From Folioceros fuciformis (taxonomy: Eukaryota): a DNA stretch of 33,400 bases. Under the pieces are notes generated by a model that was not told the origin of the DNA, did not search any database, and worked only from the letters and a program-made list of their open reading frames with translations. Positions 1 to 12,364 of this stretch are shown here, in pieces. The stretch spans positions 103,539 to 136,938 of the forward strand of contig JBNGIO010006088.1 in the NCBI GenBank assembly GCA_049999805.1, written 5' to 3'. The number at the start of each line of letters is the position of its first letter. Within the stretch, counting starts at the first letter, position 1. A program made the position numbers and the translations under genes.

Positions 1-1301
1 GGTATCCTTTCTTCTTGTTTTGCACGGCGACCAGGTTACCTCACTAGGGCTGTTGCGCCTTCTCCATTTTTCTTATCAAGTCTCAAGAAGTTTGACAATC
101 AAGTTATGCAGGCTCTTGGGAACATCATAGGTTCGGGCACCTTCGAGTGTGCTGTTGATGGATTTGGCTCAGAAGCAAGCTTTTTTGCCAGTCGCCTTTG
201 GAGGGGTTGGTCTTTTGGCTATGGAGGCCTCTGCCCCAGCTGCCTTTCTCGGCAGCTAGGCCCTCTCAGCTCCAATTTTGGCCTCTCGTTTTTTTGTTAC
301 AAGATTCCCCTATTATTGAAAGTTTTATTTCAGGTGTTGAGGAGGGCGTTTTCCCTTTACAGGTGTCTCTTAGGCAAGCAAGGGATTCTCTACCTTTGGA
401 GCCTCGTGAGGTTCTACCTCCTTTCGCCGCCTTGTGTAGGGAAGGGTTGAAGGGTCTCCAAGCCTCCCTCCTAGAAAAGCAATATGGCCAAGCACTAAGA
501 GCCCTTCTTTCAGACTCATCCATCCCGAGGTCTTCTCGAGCTCGTATTCGATCTTGTTCAGGTAAAGGAGTGGGCTCTTGGCTTTTAGCTCGAACTTGCA
601 TCCAGGTGTTTCGAATCGCAACATCAACTTTCGCCACTGCAATGAGATTTAGCTCAGGTTCTGCGCACCCCTTGGCTTTTTCTCTCTCTACATGCAGTTG
701 TGGGGTTGCTATTGTCGATACAAGGTCCCATTTGGCATGTTATCCCGTTGGGGGGCACCGCATTGTTTCTCATTATGCAATTCGGGATGTCATGTTCTTT
801 ATGGCTAGGAAGTGTGGGTTTCTTCTATATAGGGAGCGTCCATATACTTTGCGCAATGGGGTTTCACTTAGAGCCGACCTTTTCTTCACTAGGGGAGAAC
901 AGGTTTGTGTTGCTAATGTGGTTGTTACGGATCCCACTAGGGATTCGATTTGTGAGTGTCATCATCAACTCCCCTGGTTGGGCGGCAGAGGTTTGTGCAA
1001 AGTGCTAAAGTCCATCAGTATTCTCCCTTACAAGACGGGCATACTTTCATCCCTCTTGCTCTTGAGACTCATGGAGCTATGGGCAAGGACTTTTCAAAGT
1101 TTATCAAAGAGTGCACCAAGGTTTATCAAAACAATAGGAATGGTGTTCTCGCTCTTTCCTCTGTGGTGGCCTTCTTTTGACAACGTGTATCCATTGCTTT
1201 GTAATGAGCATTGGACAATGCAGTTTTCTTCGGCACCGGTGGTAAGTAGACCTTTTGTTATTCCACATCATGACATTTTCGGAGCAGTAAGTAGTTTTTG
1301 A
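1..1301 (+). mobile_element. Degenerate CRE-like (RLE-type) non-LTR retrotransposon, 3' part, cut by the window edge
   Basis: Reading across frameshifts: QAFLPVAFGGVGLLAMEASAPAAFLGS* (post-RT), RIRSCSGKGVGSWL, CCHC-like CSCG..D..H..C, SHYAIRDV, LRADL, NVVVTDP, PGWAAE, FIPLALETHGAMG (RLE). Several frameshifts and stops. Confidence 0.75.
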
Positions 1302-1667
1302 AAATGATATTTGTGCAAAAACGGGTTTTTAGGAGAAACATAATCTTCCCACACTGTAGCCATAATGTTTTCTACGGTGTTTTCTATAGTGTTTTCTACC
1401 TTCTACGAGAGAGAAGATGTATAGACTTCATATTAATGACACATCAGTCAGATCTTTGCTCACTTTTAAAGTCTAACATTGTAGTGTGCACAACCTTGGC
1501 ATTTGGTGGACATCTCGGCCTCTAGCTTTCTTGATTATCCTACTTATAATCTCTAAATTGTTTTTCTTGCCACAAGAACAAAAAAATACTGCTATCTAGT
1601 GAACTTCTTCGTGCGGCAATGTGGAACAAGTGGCTTTTATTGGTGTGCAAGCTCGAGGCAAACTTGC

Positions 1668-1871
1668 TGTTAGCATAATCTAGTTAAGACAACGCTTGAG
1701 CATCGATCCCTAGCAATAGCTCTCATTGGTAGATAGTGAAGAGTCACGACGTTCAGATCGCAACGTTCAGCACTCATGCCTCCAAAGGGCAAACCGTGTA
1801 TGCGCTGTGAGTGCAGTAATGCAAATCCATTGTCTTTCTTAGTTTCTGTGCTCGCTCGTAGGAGAACAACA
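1668..1871 (+). repeat. copia 5' LTR (LTR1)
   Basis: TGTTAGCATAATC...GGAGAACAACA, repeated at 6577-6780 with about 14 differences in 204 bp by manual count. Confidence 0.95.
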
Positions 1872-1883
1872 TGGTATCACAGC
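1872..1883 (+). other. Primer-binding site, tRNA-iMet type
   Basis: TGGTATCACAGC directly after LTR1, 1 mismatch to the canonical TGGTATCAGAGC. Confidence 0.9.
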
Positions 1884-2187
1884 CACTCTGGCGATGTCAT
1901 TAGAGGTTCTCATAATTAGATGGCACTCTAGATCCTTCCTGGTGCCCATCACTAAGAAAATGGAAATTCCAGAAATTCCTTCACTTCCCATGAGCAATGA
2001 AATGGTAGAAAGACGAACTCGGCAACTTGTGCAGGATAGACAATGTTTTGCATCAAGCACGACTTCATGATGAAGACTCATCAATCTCAAAATTGGAGCA
2101 AATTCTAATCTGCACAAATGACTATAGTCAGCCCGGTACATTACCCACTCAGTAAAATTGCCTGTAGTTTTTAGTTAGAAGCACATT

Positions 2188-5100
2188 ATGGCAAGCATAC
2201 CCCAGCCAGATAGTATTCGTCTCATGTTCAAAGCTTTTAACGGCAACAACTACTCAAGATGGAAAACCAAGATGCAACTTCTTCTACGAAAAGAAAAAGT
2301 ATGGACCATTATGGAGGGGACAGAACTCGTACCGGTATGGGGACTAGGGACTCCTGGTGGTATGCAGCCACCTGCTCTCCCTCTAACTGGGCCATGTAGT
2401 GTTGCAGACTGGGAAGAGCGTGACTTAAATGCTCTCACCCTGATGTCCTTCTATGTGGAAGATTCACACAGTCAGTACTTGGATGAGTGCACCACATCAC
2501 ATGCTGCTTGGCTAGCTCTATGTCAATTATGTGAGACTCAAGACTCATCTACTAGGGTGAACCTACGTCGTCATTTCTACCAAATCCAAATGCAGGAAAA
2601 TGAAGCAATTTCAGCATTTCTTTTGAGATTCAAAGAGTCCCTATCACAATTAGCAGCATCAGGAGTTAAAATAGATGAGGATGACAGAGTAGAAAAGTTG
2701 TTGTCGAGTATGCCAGAAAGCTATAATATAGCTGTCATGAATATCAGAGCGAGACCTACCCTGACTGTAGAGGAGGTGGGAGGTCTCTTATTAAGAAAAG
2801 AGTATTGACGCGTAGGAAAGTCAAGTGCCCCTAGTGGTAGTTCCTCATCTACAGCTTTGTATGCCAGCCGTACACCCTTTCCTAGGAACAAGCCCTTCCC
2901 TAGACCATCCTATGGTCATGCTGGAACATCCAGCAAGCCCCCGACTAAATCAATAACCTCAACAAGAAAGGTAAATGCAACTATTGTAAATTACCTGGTC
3001 ACTATGCTCGAGAGTGCAGGAAGAAAAAGTCAGATGAAGCCTCCAAGTCCCGCATTGGAGTGCATTCAGCCATAGCCTTCATGGCTAGTGAGACTCCTAG
3101 TCTCTCCCAACCTGATGTGTGGATCCTAGATTCAGGAGCTACCAAACCCATGACACCCAACCACTCATGGTTTCGGTCGTATGAGCCCCTCTCTACAGGT
3201 GAAAAAGTCTACCTTGGTGATGACACCCCAGTCCCCATTGTGGGGAGAGGTACAATTCCTATCGCTTTCCATGATGGATCCGAGAGGCTTATTATAGATG
3301 TCCTGCATGTTCCCGGGTTGAAGCGAAATTTACTCTCCGTAGGTCGTATCACAAATGCTGGTTACAATTTACAGTTGCATAGAACTAACTTCACCATACA
3401 AGATCCACGAGGTGATTTGGCTCTTACAGGTGAGAAACAAGGTGACTTCTATGTGCTTAGCGGTGCTCCAGGCGGTTCTTCCCCTTCGAACTTGGGCTTC
3501 ACCCCTGCAACATTAAAAGTCATAGTCAGTAATCCCCTCACCTCTCTTGACTTGTGGCACCAAAGGTTAGGCCATGTGAGTTCTAGCAAACTGCAAGACA
3601 TGCTTGGAAAGCAGGCACTTATTGGAATCACTATCAATTCTCGTGATGCTCCTAGTTTTTGTGAAGGCTGCGTGCATGGCAAGCATCAACGCTGCCCGTT
3701 TCCCAAAACTAGAGCACATAGGGCCACCAAGGTGTTAGAGCTCATACATAGTGATCTTTGCGGTCCTTTCCAAACTCAATCTATAGGTGGCAAGACCTAG
3801 CTTCTCACCTTCATTGATGACTACACTAGGCATGTTACTGTCTATTTTCTACACCACAAGAGTGATGTCCTGGATGCTCTTAAGTCCTATTGCACCCACG
3901 TAGAAACACAACATGGGCAAAAGATTCACCTCCTTTGCATTGACAATGGCACAGAGTATTGCAATCATGCATTCCAGGACTATTGCTCAAGGTCATATTC
4001 AGAGACAACTTACCGTATCGTATACACCTGAGCAAAATGGGGTCACTGAACGCCTCAATCGCACGCTTGTGGAGGCCGCTCATACAATGCTTAAGGTAGC
4101 CGGCCTTCCCAATACCCTTTGGGCGGAGGCCATCTCCACAGCAGCCTACTTGCACAATCGTGTACTAACCAGTGCTGTCCCCAACATCACTCCAGAGGAG
4201 GCTTGGACGGGTAAGCCTTCTATCTCTCATCTACGAACCTTTGGTTGCTACGCCTACTCACACAATCCCAAGGATTTGCACCACAAACTCAATTCCAAGG
4301 CCCTCACCTGTGTGTTGGTAGGCTACAGTATAGAATCGAAGGCCTATCGCCTCTATGATCTTGCAGCCCGTAAGATCATTGTGGCGAGAGATGTGGTCTT
4401 CGATGAATCTCCTTCCTATGGCAGCCCAGTGCCAGTGGCAGCTCTTCCCTCTCGCACCATAAGCCCTCCATACCCTGGTGCTGGTGATCTTTTGGAATAT
4501 CCTCTACTGGAGGAGGCCTACGGTGCTGCCGACACATGTGATTCCTGCGGCTGTCCCTGCCCCTGAAGTGCCCCCTCCTGGCTTGCCAACGCCGGTGGTG
4601 CAAACCCCAGGCTCGCTACCTACGCTCCTTCCTACTCCAACTACCCTCCTGGAGGTACCCCTATTTCTCCCTCCTTTCCTGCCTCCTCCTCAGATATTGA
4701 GGACTATGGTGGGGCTTGGCCTCTCTCCCCTACTAGTGCCGCGCCTACGGTGCTTCCTTCTGGATTCTGGTTCCGCCCCGAGCGCCTTGTTCCTAGGTCG
4801 CCTCGTCTTGTGCCTCCCCAATCTGGTGGGGACGTGGTGGAAAGATTGTTCGCGTGACAAGCAAAATCATCCCAATCTTGGCTACACTCCAAGGCAAGTA
4901 GAAAGTTAAAACCTAAACGTGACCCCGACTTTTCATACCTTTCTTATTTAGCAAATTATGAAGAAACTCCTCTGAAAGCATCGAAGGCTCGTGAGCCTAT
5001 GACCATGAGAGAGGCATTGTTTGGCCCCACGTCAAAACAGTGGGAGCAAGCCATACAGTTAATGTATGATTCCCTCATACAGAATTGTACTTGGGAATTA

Positions 5101-6570
5101 GTTGATCTCCCACCACGTAGAAATCCCATCACCTGCAAATAGGTGTTCAAGCATACACTTGATTCATCTGGACAGATTAGTTGCTATAAGGCTAGACTTG
5201 TAGCCAAGGGCTATATCCAGGTTCAAGGCTTAGGTTATGAGGACACTTTCTCACCAGTAATGCGGCTGGCAATTGTGTGTGTCCTGCTGTCCTTAGCTAC
5301 CATGCTAGATATGGAAGTCTACCAGCTAGATGTAAAAACTGCATTTTTGCATGGTCATCTAGAGGAAGAAATCTACATCATGTAGCCCGAAGGTTACACT
5401 TCACCAGATACTGCTAACAAAGTGTGTAGGTTAAAGAAATCCATCTACGGCTTGAAGCAAGCCCCAAGGTCCTGGAATACCAGGATCAATGAGTACTTGC
5501 TCAGACACGGGTTTAACAAAAGCTCTGCAGATTCCTCCTTGTACATCAAGCATGAGAATGGTGAATTCATAGCTCTAGGTCTTTGGGTTGATGACACCAT
5601 CCTAGTCACTAAGGATCTTGATTTGCTAGCTCGTACCAAGGGCACTCCTTCAAGCAGAATTTGACATGACAGATGTTGGAGCTATTGAGTTTTTCCTAGG
5701 CATACAGGTTCTTCGTAATCGAGCTAGCAGAACTATGTTTCTAACTCAAAAGCAGTACATTCATTCTGTGTTAGAGAGATTTAACATGTCGAATTGCAAT
5801 GGTGTGAGCACACCATTGGAGGCCAACAAGAAGCTGACGAAGGCAGACTGTCCCCAGGCCGACGAAAAAAAATCGGCTGTGTCTGGTTTCCTTACCAACC
5901 AGTCGTAGGTTCAGTCATGTATGCTAGGGTGTGTACTTGTGCTGATCTTTCCTTTACATCTGGCACATTGTCTTAGTTCTCCTCTAACCCAGGGGACAAT
6001 CACTGCCAGTCAGCCAAGCGGACGCTACGATACATGAAGGAAACTGCTGATCACGGACTAAAGTATGGAGGTTTGTCATCTTTGGATGGTCTCACTCTCA
6101 CTGGCTTTTGTGATTCTGATTATGGCAGTGACCAAGACTCTAGAAAGTCCACCACGAGCTACGTACTCATGCTTGGTGGTAGAGCTGTTGCTTGGTCAAG
6201 CAAAAGGCAAGCCACTGTTGCTCAATCGAGCACGGAGGCTGAGTATATTGCACCAGTAGAAATGGCCAAGGAGTGCATTTATATGTGAAGACTTCTTGCA
6301 GATTTACAAAAGCCTCAACCTGGTCCGACTGCGATCTATTGTGACAATCAAGCGTGCATAGCCCTATCGAAAGACCCAAGATACCACGGGCGAACGAAGC
6401 ACATACAAATCCGATACCACTTTATCCGAGAGATGGTGGCAGCAGGAGAAATTACTCTCGCTTTTTGTCGCTCTGAGCAAAACTTGGCAAATGTTTTGAC
6501 GAAGTCTCTACCCAAGGAGCAGCATAAGAGATGCAGTACAGGATTAGGCGTGACCAAGCCAGCTGTCTAG
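2188..6570 (+). pseudogene. copia gag-pol polyprotein, disrupted by multiple stops and frameshifts
   Basis: Gag FNGNNYSRWKTKM; Zn knuckle CNYCKLPGHYAREC (about 2975-3017); protease WILDSGAT; LWHQRLGH...CEGC; integrase LIHSDLCGP and [59 protein letters not shown]; RNase H GFCDSDY and SSTEAEY. Confidence 0.93.
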
Positions 6571-6576
6571 TGGGAG

Positions 6577-6780
6577 TGTTAGCATAATCTAGTTAAGACA
6601 GCGCTTGAGCATCGATCCCTAGCAATAGCTCTCATTGGTAGATAGCGAAGAGTCACAACGTTCAAATCGCAACGTTCAGCACTCATGCCTCCAAAGGGCC
6701 GACTGTGTATGCGCTGTGAGTGCAATAATGAAAATCTATTGTCTTTCTTAGTTCCTGTGCTAGGGCGTAGGAGAACAACA
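6577..6780 (+). repeat. copia central LTR (LTR2), preceded by PPT and followed by a second PBS
   Basis: PPT-like AGTGGGAG at 6569-6576. Perfect TGGTATCAGAGC at 6781-6792, and 6781-6861 matches the internal leader at 1872-1952. Confidence 0.95.
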
Positions 6781-6865
6781 TGGTATCAGAGCCACTCTAG
6801 CGATATCATTAGAGATTCTCATAATCAGATGGCACTTTAGATCCTTCCTGGTGACCATCACAAGG

Positions 6866-6965
6866 NNNNNNNNNNNNNNNNNNNNNNNNNNNNNNNNNNN
6901 NNNNNNNNNNNNNNNNNNNNNNNNNNNNNNNNNNNNNNNNNNNNNNNNNNNNNNNNNNNNNNNNN
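6866..6965. other. Assembly gap (100 N, true length unknown)
   Basis: Run of 100 N. Confidence 1.
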
Positions 6966-7069
6966 CAGCACTCATGCCTCCCAAGGGCAGACCGTGTATG
7001 CGCTTTAAGTGCAGTAATGTAAATCCATTGTCTTTCTTAGTTCCTGTGCTCGCACGTAGGAGAACAACA
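6966..7069 (+). repeat. copia terminal LTR (LTR3), 3' half visible after the gap
   Basis: CAGCACTCATGCC...GGAGAACAACA, about 7 differences in 104 bp from LTR1; followed by TSD CCTGC rather than a PBS. Confidence 0.92.
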
Positions 7070-8399
7070 CCTGCCCATACCATTAGTCAGTGACTTGGGA
7101 CTTAAGTGTGAGCTGGCAGTGCTTATTATATATTGTTCTTATCTCACAACCACACCTCCACAAAATATTGGTCGAGACAGCCCTAATTGCGTTTCTCAAG
7201 CCACGATCAACAACACAAACTGATTTCTGTGTTTGTAAGCCTATTGTCCTTATGATTGTCTCAAAATTGCTTTCTTTTTTATAGTTGTGGGTATCGTTGC
7301 CTGGAGGTGTAAGTTGCATCAAGATCAACAACTCACAATTGGGACAGTGTTATGTACAGAGACGAAGAACATCCGACAATGTGTGTACGAGAACATGGCT
7401 ATGGGCCAACATAAAAAGAAAAACAAAGCCCATGAAATTTGAATCTATTGCAAATACCAAAGTGAAGAAGAGTTGTGTAGTTGTGAAGAACATTATCGCC
7501 CCTACAAAGGCAAGGAGTCATTTAAGATCTTAAGCACCTTGGGGCAGCTTAGTGACTTATCAACCCTTCCTATTTCCTATAAGTGCAAATGTGGGGCACT
7601 CACTCACAAATACTCTTAAAGATATGTTTGCTAGCCACAATTCTGAAAAAGCTAGCACCACATAAAATCTAGTGTGGAAGCATTTACAAGAAATGGGCAA
7701 AACTGTAGTACGCTGGTGCCCATATAATTCCCTTATAACTATTAGAAGACCATGCTCATGAAGAGGCGATTGGCTCAAACTCCTAAGGGTCATATGAAAG
7801 AGAAACAATGGTTTCTAGTGCAAGAGAAAGGGCGAGGCGAAGGATGATACAATATTGAGCAATTTGGATTTCAGACAATAGTACATCAAAAGTGATGTTC
7901 ATATCCAAACCACTAGGATTCGATTCTCTATCATTAACTCATGAGGCATATAGGTTGTTTCAAGTGGGATCCAATGGCTTCATTATATTCAATGTGCTCC
8001 ACCTCGGCTTGCTTAACTATTGTCGGATTGCGATTGAGAGCCATCATTATCTTGTATGCTTGATTAGTCCACACAATTGAGTCATGCGCAGTTTATTAGC
8101 AATGATGCTTTTGGTGGTGGTAGGCCTCGCAAGTGGGAGAGTCTTTGATTCACTCCTTGTGTGTATGGAGATGATCCAAACGGTCTAGGAGCATTAATAA
8201 GCCAAGGTATTGCAGTGTGTTTGACCTGGCCAGGAGAGGGACAACCCTACTTAGGGCAGCTTTAAGGAATGTAAGCTTAGACTTGCCGACAAAAATGGCG
8301 AGCAGGTCTCAAGTATTAGGCATAAAATCCTAGCTCAACGATGTCCTCTACAACTGTAAGCATAAATTCCCTTAATGTTTGGGAAAAGGCTTTGTCTTG

Positions 8400-10067
8400 A
8401 GGGAGCATTCTCTTGTTGGAATCCGGTGGAGGTGTGCGTGTGCGTGGTGTGCAAGATCATGTGACCCGATCGAGGATTTGAGAAGCCAAGTTACAGCTCC
8501 GAGAAGTGTGGATGTAGGTGGAGGAGATTTTGTGGTGTCTGAAGAAAGCAAATGCTTCACTCTTACAAGCTTACAACTCCTAGGCAGGCTTGTTGAGAGA
8601 ATATGAGTTGCTGAAAGGCTAGATTGAGCTTGGAAGTGTCAACTCTACAAGCTTGTTGTAAGACACAAGTTGCTAAAGATACGAAGTGCTGGATTTCTGA
8701 GGCTAGAAGAAAGACCTTCAACAAGTCGGAAGAGAGAGCAACAGCCCGATAGCCTAGAAGGAAGGAGCTGCCCTTAGCTCAATCCCGAAGGCGGAGTGCG
8801 GGACGCAGCTTAGTCGCGGGGCACGAGCGCAACCTGCCCACAACACAGCTGCGAGAGCTGTGTGCGCAAGCACAGCCTAGCCGCAGTCCGGGTGCAAGAG
8901 CGGGGTGCACAGGCGTGGGCATAGCTAGGCCGAAGCCCGGCCGGGAGGGCAAGGTGGGGCACAAAGGCGCTAGCTTGCAGCCCAAGTGCACAAGCCACCA
9001 TTGCAACTAGCCCAGCCGTGAGCGCCAGCATGAGGCACTAGCCCACAGCCCGGCCGCAAGCACAAGCCGCCATCGCGGCTAGCCCGGCCATGAGGGTAGG
9101 GGAGCCTACCCAATAGGGGGCTTACTTGACGGTTATCCTACCTAGTGGGGAGCCTACCTGACGGGGAGCTTACCTGGCAGGTAGCTTAACCAATAGATAG
9201 CTTGACTACTAGGTAGCTTACTCGGGTTTTGTATTAACGAGTCATTTAAAAAAAAAAAAAGAGTATGGAGGGCATTGCTTATGAGAATTAATACTTTGTG
9301 ACACACATAGGCTGGTTAAGTCATGTGAATGTCTTGGGTTGATGGTGGCGAAAGTGATCAGGAGTAGGAATTAGAGATGGAATACTTGTCACTGGTTAAC
9401 AGTCCATGGTTGAAGTACTCAAGAAGTACAGGGCGACGACGAGAAGAAGAAGAGGTTGAACAACCAATCACGAAGGCAACCATGGAGAGTTCGCAGGAAG
9501 GAGGCAAGTATGAGGTGTTTGAGGACAAGATTGAGGCCATATTGGGAGAATTGGAGTTCAAAACCCCAACGAGGTACACTTCGCATTTTGGGTTTACTCA
9601 AATGGCTAGGTATCTTGGAGGCGAGGCGTTGGCTGCTTGCAGGAAGCATAAGGCATAGCTCACAAATTTCACTATGGTGACTAAGAGTGGAACGTCGACA
9701 ATAGTGAAGCAGTACAATCATGAGGATCCCATCAAGGAAATGATCGACACCTTGAGAGGAGAGTTTCCAAGGACATCGTCAGAAAAGGTATATGAGCTAA
9801 TGCATTTCATGTGAAAGCAAGGATTAGCTGCAGCACAAGGCAAAACAATACATGTAGGAAGATAGCAAGCTATACATGTTGCAGTCTTATGGTCAGCGTA
9901 AGGTGGTGCCAACACCAACGGAGTGTGAGGCATTGGTTACGCAAGTGCATGAGCAACTGGGTCATTTTGGTGTCAAACGCACGTTGAGCATGTTGACGCC
10001 AAGATATTGTTGGGCAGGCATGCACAAGAGAGTGCAGTAGATTGTTGCCGGGTGCGAATCATGTGAC
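8400..10067 (+). mobile_element. Ty3/gypsy LTR retrotransposon remnant (5' boundary approximate)
   Basis: 9900-10067 reads KVVPTPTECEALVTQVHEQLGHFGVKRTLSMLTPRYCWAGMHKRVQ*IVAGCESCD, a gypsy integrase H2C2 zinc-binding domain. The upstream ORF 9377-9658 may be gag-like and the GC-rich repeat-containing 8400-9260 may be leader; that upstream extent is inference. Confidence 0.55.
9099..9226. repeat. Degenerate 16-bp tandem repeat, 8 units
   Basis: GGGGAGCCTACCCAAT / AGGGGGCTTACTTGAC / GGTTATCCTACCTAGT / GGGGAGCCTACCTGAC / GGGGAGCTTACCTGGC / AGGTAGCTTAACCAAT / AGATAGCTTGACTACT / AGGTAGCTTACTCGGG. Confidence 0.85.
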
Positions 10068-10070
10068 CTA

Positions 10071-11700
10071 AACCCGGGGGGCTGTGAGGCAGTGGCCTTA
10101 AGGGTTAGAGCGGTCTTGGACCTGCATCCATATTGGGTTGCCTTGCAGGTCAATGTGGAGAATGCCTTCAACATTGTCCTTAGGGTGGCTATTTTCAATG
10201 AGCTGAAGGTTGCTGGAGGTCGTATGGAGTCTCCTATCCCCTTAGACCGCTTTGTCTATGGTGCTCCATCTAATCTCTACTTTTAACAGGGGCCCACGGC
10301 GAAGGAGGTCTCAATGCTCAACTCGGCAATAGGTAGGCGCCAGGGGGATCCCCTAGGAGGGGCTCTTTTTGATATGGCTCACTTCGGAGCCCTTTTAATT
10401 ACCGCTTCGAAAGTAGGGGGTTGTCTCTTCCCATCTTTGGCCAATAACACTTATCTCGTAGGTTCAGGGGATAAGGTTAAGGAAGCCTTTGAGCTTTTCT
10501 CAAAGGAGCTCTTACGCTGGGGCCTAAAAGTCAAGATTTCCAAGTGTGAGATTTGGTCTTCATATGGTATCACTCCATCTCTACAATTTCCGAAGGGGAA
10601 CATCGATTCTCCATTAGGGATCCACGTTCTGGGGGTCCCTGTTGGCCCCCCGATTTTATTTGTGAATTTGTGAATGCAGCTTTGTTGAAGAATTTGGCAC
10701 ACATTGAGGACCTTTATCAACTTGGGGACCCATAGGTGTCCTACGTCACCCTCTCCGCCTACTTTGCGTGATGCCTCGAGTACCTTATCCGCACGGTGTG
10801 TCTATCCCCAAATTTTCTTTTCAAAGTGAGGCACTTTGACACAAGTATTGAAGAAATTAACGGTCATTGTTAGCCCGAGTTCATTCGATTGTATTGCTGG
10901 TGATTAGGCTAGGAGACAAGCATCACTACCCATTGCTTTGGGCGGCATTGGGCTATTGGCCATAGAGGCCTTGGTGCTAGCTACTTTTTTTAATAGTTGG
11001 GCGTTCTCTGTCCCAGCTTTAGTGACTCGCTTCTCCATCAGAAACTCGGGTGTTTCGTAGGCTTTTGTCACAGGAGTTGAGGAGGGGCCATATCCCCTCC
11101 AAGGGTCCATTAGGAGGGCCTGAGATCTCTTATCCTTACACGCTTGATTGGTCATGCCTTCTTTTTCCTCTTTCCTTTGTGGGGGTATAAGGGGGCTTCA
11201 GGCCACCCTCATGGAGAAGCTTTATGGGCAAGAGTTACAGGCCCTCACGCTAGATTCCTTCATTGACAAGCAGGCTCGGGTACGCCTTCGATCTTGTTCG
11301 GGGAAAGGCGCTAGCTCTTGGCTGTTGGCCATTCCATGCATCTCGGCTTTCCGAATCATAGCAGCTTCTTTCTTTACTGCGATAAGGTTTCGCCTTGGCT
11401 TGGTCCAGCCCTTGGCCTAGTCTCTCTCTCGTTGTAGCTGTGGGGTCCTGCTCGACAACCTCGGGAGCCAACTAACGCGTTGCCCTATTAGTGGAGACTA
11501 CATCGCATCACACCCATAATGCAGTGAGGGACGTTATGTTTCCTTTGGCCAAGGAGAGTGGCTTCTTCTCCTATAAGGAGAGCTCACATATCTTGTTAAA
11601 CGGCGTCTCCATCATTGGAAACCTTTTCTTGACCAAGGTGGACCAGGTTTCTATAGTGGATGTGGTAGTCCTCTTTTTGCCTTTGGCCCTAATGGGGTTG
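10071..11700 (+). mobile_element. Degenerate 5'-truncated CRE-like non-LTR retrotransposon (RT to RLE)
   Basis: PGGCEAV, LQVNVENAFN (DxxNAFN), GRRQGDPLGGALF, PSLANNTY (decayed ADD motif), GIHVLGVPVG, QASLPIALGGIGL, RLRSCSGKGASSWL, CSCG, HNAVRDV, DVVV. Same family as 1-1301. Confidence 0.8.
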
Positions 11701-12364
11701 TTCCTCGAATCTTTGGAGTAGATGAGACTTTCCATCTCTTTTTTCAATACCCTATATATCAAAGAAAACCTATATTTAATGAGCCACGGCTTACTAGGAT
11801 GAATACTTTCTATCAAATGAAGAAGAGTTAACAACAACGTCCCATGCACAATGACATTCTTTTTGTTTCACAAAGAAACTTGTTGGAGTCAAGTCCCTAA
11901 AATCGAGGGCTCTAACTTTGTAAATGATTTAAGACAATTGTGCTTTCATGGATTTGTTGGGATTGAGTCAAACACAAGGTCAACCGAAAGAAAAGAGAAT
12001 ATTGAAAGATGCTCAAGGCAAGAAACATCAAGGGAGCGAACCCTTTACCAAAATAGTAGCTTAAGATTGGACTTAGGCCCTAAATGATCGTCAAACTTTT
12101 TCGGTGTATAATCACTCTGCAAAAGTGATGCCGATGATTTTGTCCCTCTAAAAAGCTTTAGTTGCACATGGTCAATAATCATATCATAGTGTTGTGATCA
12201 CAACGTTAAGACTCACAATGGTTTGAGATGTTGGTGAAGCTATAACATTGAACAATACACTTGTTTAAGTGGTTGGTGTGCCCATGAATGCAGCATGTTC
12301 TTTCATTGTCTAGTATTTAGATGATGTTTTGTGTGGATTGACTACATGGAGAACCATCAACGAG

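Larger units (their letters stand above)
1668..7069 (+). mobile_element. Ty1/copia LTR retrotransposon, tandem three-LTR structure (LTR-internal-LTR-PBS/internal start-[gap]-LTR), degenerate
   Basis: 204-bp TG...CA LTRs at 1668-1871 and 6577-6780, and a third LTR 3' half at 6966-7069. Flanking 5-mers CTTGC (1663-1667) and CCTGC (7070-7074) form a TSD with 1 mismatch. Domain order gag-PR-INT-RT-RH. Confidence 0.93.

Noticed and set aside
198-1301. 367-aa ORF as a functional host gene
   Set aside because: It passes in and out of the retroelement reading frame; conserved motifs are spread over several frames.
7075-8400. Minus-strand MULE/SWIM-like transposase remnant, continuous with 1310-1667 across the copia insertion
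   Set aside because: Only faint hints (SCKC and KHI in different frames); too decayed to support without a profile search.
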